From Prorocentrum cordatum (taxonomy: Eukaryota): a DNA stretch of 64,000 nt. The notes beneath the pieces are model-generated. The model made no database searches and was not told the DNA's origin. It saw nothing but the letters and a program-made list of their open reading frames with translations. Every line of letters starts with the position of its first letter. Positions within the stretch are counted from its first letter, which is position 1. This document shows, in pieces, positions 49,700 through 61,239 of the stretch. The translations under genes and the position numbers were made by a program. Location of the stretch: assembly GCA_963575745.1 (NCBI GenBank), contig CAUYUJ010000292.1, positions 62,001-126,000 of the forward strand, given 5' to 3'.

Positions 49700-50660
49700 T
49701 CTTGGGAGTGCTGAAACCAGCGCAGCGCCTGAGACATCCTCCAAATCTGCTGTAGTCGCAGACGATGTTAGGCACCGAAACAGGCAAACCGCCTGAGACG
49801 TCCCTACAAACTGGCCGCGAACGGGCCCGTGATATACACCCTGGCGGCTCCCCTTAGGAGTGCTGAAACCAGCGCCCCGACGGAGACATCCTTTAAATCT
49901 GTTGTAGACGCAGACGATGTTGGGCACCGAAACAAGCAAACCGCCTGAGACATCCCCACAAACTTGCCGAGAACGGGCCCGTGATACACCCCCTGGCGGC
50001 TCCCCTTAGGAGTGCTGGAACCAGCGCCCCGCCTGAGACATCCTTAAAATCTGCTGCAAACGCAGACGATGTTGGGCACCGAAACAGGCAAACCGCCTGA
50101 GTTCCCACAAACTTGCCGAGAACGGGCCCGTGATACACCCCCTGGCGGCTCCCCTTAGGAGTGCTGAAACCAGCGCCCCGACGGAGACATCCTTAAAATC
50201 TGCTGCAAACGCAGACGATGTTGGGCACCGAAACAGGCAAACCGCCTGAGACATCCCCACAAACTTGCCGAGAACGGGCCCGTGATACACCCCCTGGCGG
50301 CTCCCCTTAGGAGTGCTGAAACCAGCGCCCCGCCTGAGACATCCTTAAAATCTGCTGCAAACGCAGACGATGTTGGTCACCGAAACAGGCAAACCGCCTG
50401 AGACATTCCCACAAACGTGCCGCGAACGGGCCCGTGATATACACCCTGGCGGCTCCCCTTAGGAGTGCTGAAACCAGGGCCCCGACGGAGACATCCTTTA
50501 AATCTGCTGTAGACGCAGACGATGTTGGGCACCGAAACAAGCAAACCGCCTGAGACATCCCCACAAACTGGCCGCGAACGGGCCCGTGATATACCCCCTG
50601 GCGGCTCCCCTTAGGGGTGCTGAAGCTAGCGCCCCGAATGAGACATCGTCAAAATCTGCC
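49700..50660. repeat. About 151-bp tandem repeat x6 (same family as 45545-46240)
   Basis: acaaac...gaacgggcccgtgata...ctggcggctccccttaggagtgctg recurs every 150-152 bp. Confidence 0.92.
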
Positions 50661-50664
50661 GTTC

Positions 50665-50995
50665 GTTGAGTAGCTCAGACTTTGAGAGGGTCTGAGTATG
50701 TGTAGGTCTGAGTATGAATAAGTCTGTGTATGAGTACGTCTGGGTAGGAGTAAGTCTGAGTATGAGAAGTCTGTGTACGAGTAAGTCTGAATGTGTGTAC
50801 GTCTGGGTATGAGTGAGTCTGAGTATGAGTAGGTCTGAGTAAGAGTAAATCTGAGTATGACTAAGTCTGTGTATGAGTAAGTCTGTTGATGAGTAAGTCT
50901 GGGTATGAGGAAGTCTGTGTATGAGTACGTCTGGGTATGAGTAAGTCTGAGTATGAATAAGTCTGTGCATGAGTAAGTCTGTGTTCTGGGTATGT
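50665..50995. repeat. TGAGTAAGTC/TGAGTA minisatellite (also 46240-46525)
   Basis: Visible 16-bp-scale tgagtaagtctgagta periodicity. Confidence 0.85.
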
Positions 50996-51069
50996 TCTTG
51001 ATCTCTGGAGTCGGCGGCGTCCAAGAAATAACAAGAACCCCATCTTAGGATATGGGGAACAAGAAGACA

Positions 51070-52165
51070 TCCGCACAATCAACAGCAATAAGAAGAACAT
51101 ACAATCGAACAAATGATAGCACTCAACTCTCAAAAGCAATGAGAAACCAACTCAATCAAAAACAGTGAAAAATCAATACAAGCAAGAAAAGCAGGCAACC
51201 ACGCACTAAGAAAACGAAACAAAAACACGTATTGGGTCCACGAAACCTGTGAGGGCACAAAAAACAACAAGACAGACAAAAACTTATGATGGTTCTCAAC
51301 AAAAGCAAAATCACTGGTTTTCATGTTTTCGGACTTTCTCTGGGCTCCCCCAGCCCAGATCCACAGACGAAAACAATAAGAAATCCTTACAGCTCAAACA
51401 ATAGGAATCCATACATTCAGAAGCAATAAGAAGCCCATGCAATCAAAAACAAAAGAGTCCACGAACCCTGTGAGGATATATATATATATATATAAGAACA
51501 AACTGTGATGGCACACAACAAATTGTAGGTTTTCGTGTGTTCGGACTCCCTCCGGGCCCTTCCAGCCCAGATCCGTCCAGGCAGCCTGAATGCACGAAAA
51601 CCACTGATTGTGGGTTTTCTGGGTACCATCAAAGGTGTTTGTATTTTTGTTTGGTGTTTTGGGTGCCCCCACAGGGTTCGTCGACCCAAGACGTTTTTTG
51701 TTATTGTTATTGATTGTGTTGGTGTCTTCTTGTTTTTGATTGAATGCGTTTCTTATTGCTTCTGAGTGCATGGATTACCCATTGTTGTCGTTTGTACGGT
51801 TACTTGTTGTTTTCGAGTGTATGGATTTCTTATTGCTCTTGATTGCGTGGATCTGGGCTGGAGGAGCCCAACGGAAGTCCGAAAACACGAAAACCATAGA
51901 TCATTGTTGTTTTGGGCACCCTCACAAGTTTGTTGGATATGTTTGTGGTTTTTGTTTGGTTGTTGTTGGGTGCCCCGAAAGGGTTCGTGGACCCAAGACG
52001 TTTCCTATTGCTCTTGAATGTATGGATGTCTTTTTGTTCTTGACTGTACGGATGTCGTTGCGCTTGATTATATGGGTCTCTGATTGTTTTTGAGTGTAAG
52101 TCATTATTGTTATGTTTGATTGTATGTTCTTCTGATTAATGTTGATGGTGCTGATGTCTTATCTT
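51070..52165. mobile_element. About 1.1-kb imperfect foldback (A-rich left arm, T-rich right arm)
   Basis: ggttttcatgttttcggactttctctgggctccccagcccagatccac (about 51316) is inverted at about 51848-51896; aaacacgtattgggtccacgaaacc (about 51223) is inverted at about 51980-52003. Confidence 0.65.
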
Positions 52166-52244
52166 GATTGCGCGGCGGAGAAGGGAGGAAATAAGGAGGA
52201 GAAGAAGGATGAAAGGCAATCATAATCATGAGGAGCGAAGGAAA

Positions 52245-52353
52245 TGATGATGATAGTGATAGCGAAAAGGAGGAGGAGGGATGATGATGCTGATGATGAC
52301 AGCGATAATAAGAATAACGATAATAATAGTAATGATGATGATGACGACGATGG

Positions 52354-52385
<32 letters not shown>

Positions 52386-53115
52386 GTGATGACGAGGATG
52401 GGGACGAAGAGAGATGATGACGATTATGGTGATGATGAGGAGGACGAGGAAGAGCGACAATGATGATGGCGATTATGATGATGAGGAGGAGGAGGAGGTA
52501 TGATGATGGCGATGATGGCGATGAGGAGAAGGAGGGGGCCGAGGCGGTGTTATGATGCTGATGATGTTGACGATGGAGTTCGTGCGCAATAGGAGGATGC
52601 GACCAGCAAGAGTGCGGCGGTGAACAGGCAGAAGCGAGATGTTCAAGACGATCTCTGCTAGAGCATGACCAGCAGAAGAGCACTGTAGAGTTCGCGTCGT
52701 GTCGTTAACGCTGCGAACGACGATAGGTGCATTAGCGGGCACGGCAGAAAACGCACTGTAGAGTTTGCGTCGTGACAGTAACGCTGCGTTCGTGTGCAAT
52801 GAGAGGATATGATCAGCAAGACAGCGGCGGTGAACAGGAGATATTATGGTGATGCTGATGACGATGATGATGATGGCAATGTTGGCGATGATGGCCATGA
52901 GGACAATGATGATGGTGATGGTGATGGTGATGGTGACGATTGTGATGGTGATGGTGATGGTGATGCCGATAATGTTGACGTTCTTACTGATGACAATGAA
53001 ATGGTGATGATGGTGACAATGATGCTGATGATGATGATAATGATGATGATGCTGATGATGATGACGATGATGATGCTGACGATGATGCTGATGATGGCGA
53101 TGATGATGACGATGA
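52245..53115. repeat. Degenerate (GAT)n tracts with a unique insert at about 52580-52840
   Basis: Visible. Confidence 0.9.
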
Positions 53116-53987
53116 TACAACCGTGCGCGCGGGCAAAACCACATCATGAGATGCCGCGCGAAAGAAAAGGCTCCCGCGAGAGAAAGCAGCGCACGCCACA
53201 TGACCTGAAATCGCACCCCCACCCACCCACCCCACAGGCCCCCCGAGAGAGATTGGAAGACAGCGTTCATGATCGGCACACGGGGGTGCGGTTTGGGCCC
53301 TGGGGCCGTCGGACACCGGTTTGAGGAACTGGCCAGGGTGGATCCTGGGAAAGTCTGTTACCGAGATACCGGCTTGCGAGGACGTTCTGAAAGTTGTCCC
53401 CTCGAGAGCGGACTCTCGAAGATGGCTGTCCCAGCCTGTTCGCCTCCTGAGGCCGCCCAGCAAACAGTTGTTTCCCATGTTCCTATAGATCCATACAGTC
53501 GGCCCGTACCATAAGGATGCACGATAAGGATGCAAGGGCCTTAGAAGGCCATCTCTCAAAGCTTTTCGGGCGGGGCGCGGCCAGCGAAAGCTGCCAGGGA
53601 TGGGCCGAGGAGGCAGGGCTGCAGGGGGTACCCTTTGGGAAGGTTGCCCATCCTTACCATGCGGGTTGACTGTGTATCTCGTTCAGAAATATCCCCACAC
53701 GCCAGCTCTCCGGCTCTTCTGACGAGTGGAACCCTCAGAGCAGTGCTCCAAAACATGTTGTTCCCGGTCCTCCTGTGTGTTGGCTCATCGTTATCTCTCC
53801 GCCGCGCCGCCTGAAAAGAAGCGCCAACCCTAAAAATCCAGGAAGCACCCAGAAACGGTACGGTCAGAACTGCTGCCTTTATGGCCAACCAGAACCGATG
53901 AGGTCAACCTGGAGACATTCGGAGCAAGCGCCTTCACAGTGCTAAGGCAATTTCCCTTCCGGGGAACCATTATGCTTGTGAGTGACG

Positions 53988-54024
<37 letters not shown>

Positions 54025-54789
54025 CATAGACAGAGTGAAAGAGAGTGGCACGGAATTCCGCTGCCTGCAAGCCCCACGAAGGTCTTGTTGGTAAGCTGGA
54101 AGATCTTCTGCCGCTGACAACTCACAGTTTGCAGCTCGCGTATCTGTGCAGGGAGGGTCAGTCTCGCAAAGACTTGACTATGTAAAGCTGTTCGGACAAG
54201 AAAGAGGTGCGCCGATTTACTCCAGTGGGTTCGTACGGATAATGGCGACGACAAGGCGGCGAATGAGGAGCATTACAGAGTGGATGACAGGGAGAGCAGC
54301 GATGGGAGCAGGAGGACAACGAGTAGGTAGACAAGCGCGGGGACAAAGAAGAAGAGATGAAGAGACAAAGAAGGACGAGTACGAGGAGGAACGAAGCGGA
54401 AGGGGAGGAGAAAAAGGACGAAGACGACGAAGGAGGAAGGTGAGGAGCCCGAAGAAAGGACTACGAAGAACGGGGGGGGTCCCCGAGATCTATCGAGGCT
54501 ACCGTGGGGGGTGGGGGCGCCATCTGGGGCTACATTTGGGTTTCCTGGGAGCCTCTTGAGGGCCTGTCAGGGGCCCTTCTGGGGGGGCCACTGGGGCTAC
54601 TGGGGCCCCAGTGGGACCTCATTCTTGAAGAGGCTCCTGAACCAGATGTCCCGCCTCGTTGCCTGGCGCTCGAGCTGCAGGTGCGCATGGCTGTCCGTTC
54701 CCTGAAAGACGGCGGTGAGCACTCGCCGCCAGTGGACCCAGAGCCGTCTCTCGTCCCAGGCAGCAGCGGCGCGGTCGATCCGGTAGAGG

Positions 54790-57260
54790 AAAAAGAACTA
54801 TGCACATACACCGATGTCTGGCCAGGCCAAGATCGGTGCATGTGCATAGTTCTCTTCGCCCGATCCAGGTAGAGCTGCCTGGCATCGTGTCTGCGCCCAG
54901 TTGGTCACAGGAGCGCCAGGGGGGACCCAGCCTGCACACGTGGGTCCACGACACTGCCCAGTGCAGGTACGGCACGCAAGCGTATGTTCCAGGCAGTTGT
55001 CGCAAGCAGGCCTCAAGCTAGTGAGATGTCTTGAGGAAGCACATCGTTCGATGGCCAACAAATCTGGCATCGTCTGCTCCAGCACAGCTGCAGCAAGGCA
55101 ACTGCAGCAGATTTCAAGGGCCACGGGACAGAGATCCAGGTTAAGCTAGTGGCAGCCGATCTAGGTATCGACAGAGGCAGAGTGAGCGCTGCACGTCCCA
55201 AGCAGTCATCCCGCCGTGTTGCGGCTGCCCGCAGGCTCACTAGAGTGCAGAAGCTTTCCAAAGACAACGTGTTGTGCAAAAGATGGGCCAAGAAGATGGC
55301 CCTGACTGCCGTCTTTGCCAAGTCGCGTTGCTCTGACAAAAGTTCATGGCACTGCTCCCCACGTCGTCCTGAGGTAGAGGAGGGCGTTGGGTCGTATGTC
55401 TGGTGGTGTCGCTAAGGGGGGAAGGTGCCTCACTACGTTGCTAGCGCTAGAGTACGGTCGGAGGGACCCAGCTTTCCTTGCCCTATTCGATACCATTGAA
55501 GCCTGGTTCTTGATTCTCATTGACAGGACCTTCCACGCCGATAGAATCCGCAGGGCCTGGAGGAAAGTGCTAGCCAACCTTAGGGACAAGCCTGCCAGAC
55601 ACCGTTGGCGAGGAGTCGCCACCGCAGTCGCTGCCACCATCGCTACTCTGCTCGACCTCGGATGGGAACCTTGGGGGCCGTGGGCGTGGGAGAGCGACCT
55701 GGGGGAACGGCATGCCATTAACGAATCTCTCCTTGGCAGAGGGAAGGTTGCCCTCGCCGAAATCCGAGAGGCGATTGCTGAGAGTTTAGAAAAGAAGTTG
55801 TGGATGGGCGCCGCCGAGAACTCTTGGAATGGCCACGGACTCGAGATGGTCCCTGACCTGTTTGATGTTCGCAGGGATCTGAAACGTTGTGCCAAGAAGG
55901 GCAAATACGCTTGGGCGAGAATATTTAAAGCGGTTGCCACGGGCAATAGCTGGACCGGGAGTAGGATACAGGAAGGTAACACTTCTGAGGGTAGCACCTG
56001 CCGCAGATGTGGCGACGTTTTCGAGTCTGACGTGCACAGGGCTTGGGGCTGCACTGAAAATGCCAAGTTCAGTTAATTGTTGATTTCGTGGTGCGCAGAG
56101 ACCTCGCAGATGCCGAGAGCACTCCCAATGTTTGGATCCGAGGGCTCACGCCCAAGTCCTGGACTGCAGTGCCCCCACCACCTGATGCTCCCGACTTGCG
56201 TAGGCTTGGAGGTGAGTTTGTGGAGGCGGTGGTTGGAGGCGTTGTTTTTGGAGGTGGCGATGCGAGTGGCGGTCGCGGGTGGCTGTGCGAGGCCTAGACA
56301 ACGACGGACGCTATACGGCCGAAGGCCTCAGCATGCACGCCGTTGCTTTTGGCAGCGTGCGAGGATCACGCCAGTCAGTCAATAGAGAAACCCTGTGCCG
56401 ACGTGAGTTCGCACGCGCGATCGTTCCCATTGCTAGCGCCTACTTTGTCACGGACTCGTCATATGTTGTCAACCACCTTGCCAAGATCAGGGCTGGGTTG
56501 GAACCCGAGTCTCACCTTGATGTTTGGCACCAGTTGCGTAACCCTCTGCAGCAATACACGAACGGGGTCTTGTTCTGGCGAATGTAGAGAGCCACAAAGA
56601 AACCCAGCATGTTTCGTCGAGTGGCTCAGACCAGTTGCATTTGTTATTAAAGCCGCTGCCGACAGTATAGCCAAATCGTGGGCCGACCCCAAACGGGCCC
56701 CTGAGAAGGATAGGGCCAACCGCTCCTTCGCCCAAGCAAATGCGCATCAGGTCAGGAGCCACCTGGGGATAGGGTGCCCCGAGAGAAAGCTGCGCGGCGG
56801 AAACTTCACGAGCACAAGATCCAGTTTGATCTCACTGCTCATACGCCTAACTATGGTCTGCGGTCGAGGATCCAAGGTAAAGTCTGTGGAGGCTCTGCAC
56901 CGCGAGCTTTGGCTCGCAAATTGTTGCGCACCCCTTGCCACGTTTGGCTCTTGCATGGGGTTGTCATGATTCCGTGAGCGCCCACTGCCAACGGGCAACA
57001 GCTCCAAAACTCCCACCAAGATCGATTTTACAAGAAGTGGTGGAATACTGTATGTTGTAAATGCGGTTTCATCTCGGTTCTCGCCGTGAGAAATTTGAAG
57101 CGCCAACGCCGTGTTTTTTTGAGCGATTACGGCAAGCGCATGCTGAAGAAGGTTGCCAAATGGCAACCACCTGGCCGCAGAAATTGGGCCAGAGAACAGG
57201 TGGCCAAGAGGCTACTCAAGTGATTGTACAGATATGGTACGTATTGCCTGGAGCGAATTA
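54790..57260 (+). pseudogene. Decayed 5'-truncated LINE: RT C-terminus, zinc knuckle, RNase H
   Basis: LHTWVHD (degenerate xxDD), ADLGID, RWRGVATAVAATIATLLDLGW (cf. PWRQIKGPASAVWATLRLLSW in the first LINE), CRRCGDVFESDVHRAWGC, GGDASGG, RQSVNR, VTDSSYVV, DVWHQL, AADSIAK; many stops and frameshifts. Confidence 0.8.
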
Positions 57261-57582
57261 AAGTCTCGTTGGGTTGTCGGGACGCGTCGCAAGGTTTAGC
57301 GGGGGGGATCTCAAGCTGTCCTAGCGCCGTCGTGCGATGTCTTGGGCAGTCTGGGAGCCTCCTGGAGCTCTACGGGGGCCTCTTGGGGCCCTCTTCGGGT
57401 CTTCAGAAGGGCTTTGGGGGGTTCTTTTGGGCCACTGCGGGCCTCTCCAGAAGCAATTCCAAGACGATGTTGTTTCAAAGCCCCCGCTGAAACAATTTAA
57501 GTGAGGATGTCCCGATTTCAGCGACGATTTATCAGACACCTGACCGGACAAGAACGGGAATCACCGCTTTTGCCCACGAGCA

Positions 57583-57969
57583 TTACCAAAGAGCGTCTGT
57601 TGAAAACGTCGAAGAAATCCAGGAACGAAACACAAACGACCGACATAACTGCTGACGGTTCATTACGTGGACGAGCCGCGTTCCTGTACTCTGCCGTTTT
57701 CCTGTGGTCCACCGTGGTGGGCGCCGACGTCGCGGCGCGAGCGCGCCTGCCCGTCGGGCCCCTGCCCCCCGGATGCGCTGCAGCATCGCCGGAACCATCG
57801 CGGCAAGGCGCACCGCAAGCTCCTCGCCGCCATCGCCTCCGGCTCGCGCACGTTGCGCCGAAGCCACGACGCACCTGCAGGCCGCAGCGACCGCCGCTGC
57901 AACCGCCTGGCGACCGCCTCCGCCCTTGGCGGCGCCCATGGCCGCCGCCTCGACGAGAGCAGCCCCCAT
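57583..57969 (-). pseudogene. SL-headed retrocopy ORF (128 aa, MGAALVEAAAMGAAKGGGGRQAVAAAVAAACRC...), product unknown; probably only the first about 80 codons belong to the retrocopy
   Basis: First ATG lies 46 nt downstream of the SL copy; Ala-rich helical N-terminus; base composition changes at about 57710. Confidence 0.45.
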
Positions 57970-58015
57970 GCCACACCACTGCCGCGGGGCCCGCGGGAGA
58001 CCGTGCCACAATCGG

Positions 58016-58037
58016 CTGGAGCCAAAATGGTTACGGA
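58016..58037 (-). other. Second genomic spliced-leader copy (TCCGTAACCATTTTGGCTCCAG, 20/22)
   Basis: Plus strand ctggagccaaaatggttacgga; two substitutions relative to TCCGTAGCCATTTTGGCTCAAG. Confidence 0.85.
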
Positions 58038-58879
58038 GGTCTGCCAAACTGGTATGCCGTTTTGCTGTGGTCTGCGGAGCTGGTCCGTCGTCCTCGCATT
58101 AGTGGCACTTGACCCTGTTGGTCGCGATGATGCTGCCGCCCCAGAACCTGGCCGTGACGTCGGCCTTTGTGAGCACAACTGCCATTTTTGCCTCGGACGT
58201 GGTCTCTGCAGCCACGTGCCCATCGCGGTCCTCCCGTTGGCCCTAGTCGCCTGGCTCCGAACTCGGCGAGAAGCGGGCCCTGTTCGCCTGACGGCCTGGT
58301 TCCCGTCCCAGAGGGTCGCACTGAGCGCTGCCATTCGCTGTCGCCCTTCTTCTGCGGTCCTCCACCTCGGCCCCAACTGTTTTCTTCCTGCGCGCTGGCA
58401 CGGCAAACGCAAGATATTATCAACGTGTCCGACGCGGCGCAACGTCGAAGGCGCGGGTCAACGGGCCTTCCGCGCCCAACCGTTGTTCTGAAACGGCCAA
58501 CGCTTAAGCCCAAATGGCCACAGACTTCGGGTAAGGAAAAGGGCACAACTTCGCGTTGGCACACAGGGAAACCGATTCCGCGAAAAATGCTGGCACCTAC
58601 GGGTGCTTACTTGTAGGAAGAAGGACAGTCCGCTGGTCTGGCGGCTATATTGTCACCGCCACCGAACAGTCGCCGCCCCATCGCCGCACGTCGTTTGGGC
58701 CGGACCACCGATATGGCGAGCATGTTGTCGCCGTCGCCGCACCGTCGCCCGCCACGTATTTTCCAATTTTACATGTTATAATTTAAAACAAAAATTACCC
58801 TTTGTTTCGAAATACAATTTACATGTGGTTTTGCCCCTTATCGTCCATCCTAAATACGAATTCAAACCATCCCAAGCGA

Positions 58880-61040
58880 ACCAGTATCGCCCCCCCGTCA
58901 TCCTCTGCAACAAATACTATGCGCGCGCAATCGTTTTTTCACGAATCAACAGGATTAAACAACCCCTGCCAAAAATGGGACGATGTGCGCAAGCGCGCAT
59001 CGTCGCGCGCGCACGCACGAATCCTTCAAAAACCCTAGGTTTCGGGAGGGTGTCAAATTCGACTGTCATATATATATATATATACACACACATACATACA
59101 TACATACTTATACACTTATAACCTGGTTTCGCACCACTGTTCAAAAAGTATGCGTGCGCGCGCTCTTGCAAATTCTGAGGAATACCATCGGTGCTTCGAT
59201 TTCTTTTTCACTAAATGCTACCAGGCGGGCTTCGCGCGCGCGCATGTCGAAATCGTTCGAACGCTCGCGCTCTTGCAAATTATATAACCCCCCCCAAAAA
59301 AAAACTGTTCAACGTGTTCTTCGAATTCCGCCAAAAGGGCTTCTCGCGCCGCATGCCGAAATCAATCGAACGCCCTTGCGCGCGTGCTGAGGGGGCGCGA
59401 TACGCGTCGAATAGCACTATGCAGGCCATTCTCGCGCGTCGGCCGCGCGCGCATGCCGAACTCTTTTCGAAAACTCCATCACCGACGCGAGGACGCCGCC
59501 ATCGTCGCCGGCGTGATCAGCATCGGCGCCGTCACTGGCCATCGCGTCTACCGTTGCCGACGCTGCCATGATACAGCGCCCGCCCAAATCGCCGATTCGC
59601 ACTGACGTGCCCGCCGGGATGTGCCCAGCGGCGGTCAGCGCTACCGCGGCCGCGTCGGTCGCGCCAAACTAGCTGGCCGTTGCGAGCGCGCATGCGCGGG
59701 CTGGCGCGGCCGCGGATATGCACAAGTCAACACCAAGCACTCATCGCCATCGCCGCCGCATGGGTTTTGCAAATCAAGTTGCGGGTGGGTCGGTGGGATG
59801 ATTACCCGAGCAGTGCAGTCGACAACTGCGAGTTTCACAAGTGTGATCTCCTGTCTAAGAAAAAAGGGTCCACCACCACCACCCAAGCTTTATCGGTACA
59901 CCTTTTCTGTGTTACGATTTACATATGACTCTGCCCCATCGCCCATCCGAGCCATGAACTCATGTCAACCCGACCCCCCCCCGCCATCCTCTGCACAAAA
60001 ACTACGCGCGCATACTCGTTTATGAAAAATCAGAACGTTTCAAAAATCATTTGCAACAGATAAACGGGAAGATGTGCACACGCGCGCGTCGTCGCGCGCA
60101 TGCCGAAATCATTTGAAAACCTTCGGAATCAAACATATAAAAACACATGTTTTCGTTTGCGAATTCCACGGAAAACCATGGGTTCCAATATTTTCAGAAA
60201 GTGCTACCAAACGGGCTTCGCGCGCGCGCATGTCGAAACCGTTCGAACGCCATTGCGCGCGTGCCGTCGCGAGACACAGTTGCAAAACAATTAACGAAAT
60301 GCCCACGCGCGCGTCGTCGCGCGCGCATGCCGGAATCCTTCAAAAACCTTCGGCTCCGTAGCGATATCCAAACTAAATGTTCAAAACACATTCACGAACA
60401 CATGGTTTCGCAACATCAGTTTTCAAAAAAGCCTGCGCTCGCGCCCTTGCGAATTTCTCGGGAAACCCCTAAGTTGTTCAACATGTTTACGGGATTCTGC
60501 CAAACTGGCCTCCGGCGCCGCATGCCGACATCATTCGCACGCCCTTGCGGGCGTGCTGAGGCGGCCCGGTCCGTGTCGCATAAAACCATTCGGGCTACGC
60601 TCGCGAGCCGGCCGCACGCATGTCGATTTGTTTTTCGAAACCTTCATCACCGACGCGAGGACGCCGTCATCGTCGTCGGCGTGATCAGCATCGGCGCCCA
60701 CACTGGCCGCGCCTCAGTCAATACGAACATCGTCACCAACATCGCCACTATCGTCATCGTGTCTACCGTAGTCGGCATTGCCATGATACCGCGCCCACCC
60801 AAGTCGCCGACTCGTAGTGAAGTGCCCGCTGGGATGCGCCCAGCGGTTAACGCCACTGCGGCCGCGTCGGTGGCGCCAAACGAGCTGGCCGCTGCGCGCG
60901 CGTGTTAGTGTTGGCGCGGCCGCAAATATGCACCAGCCAACGCCAGGCATGCATCGCAATCGCCACTGCATGGGTTTCGCAAGCCAAATTACTTGTGGGT
61001 GGGTGGGTGCTTGCAACAGCATGGGATGTGACAACTCGTT
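58880..61040. repeat. Diverged tandem duplication, unit about 1.1-1.2 kb
   Basis: catcaccgacgcgaggacgccg.catcgtcg.cggcgtgatcagcatcggcgcc at about 59477 and 60645; other blocks collinear. Confidence 0.8.
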
Positions 61041-61239
61041 TGTGTAAATTCGCCGGCCCAACGGGCCAGAGGCGTGCTAAGATCTCCGGTAACTGGTTAA
61101 CAATAATTCTAGTTCGCGCTCGCGGGGCGGCCCCTGGGGGTCCCCCGGCGAAGAGTACCCCGACCGCAGCCCGGGAACTATTGCTCAGAGATGGTTTCCC
61201 TCCTGGGTGCGGCCTTCCACGCCCCCGGAGCGCGCAAAA

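Noticed and set aside
53280..53990. Complex non-repetitive sequence, possible decayed coding region
   Set aside because: The frames examined are interrupted by stops or lack any motif I can recognise.
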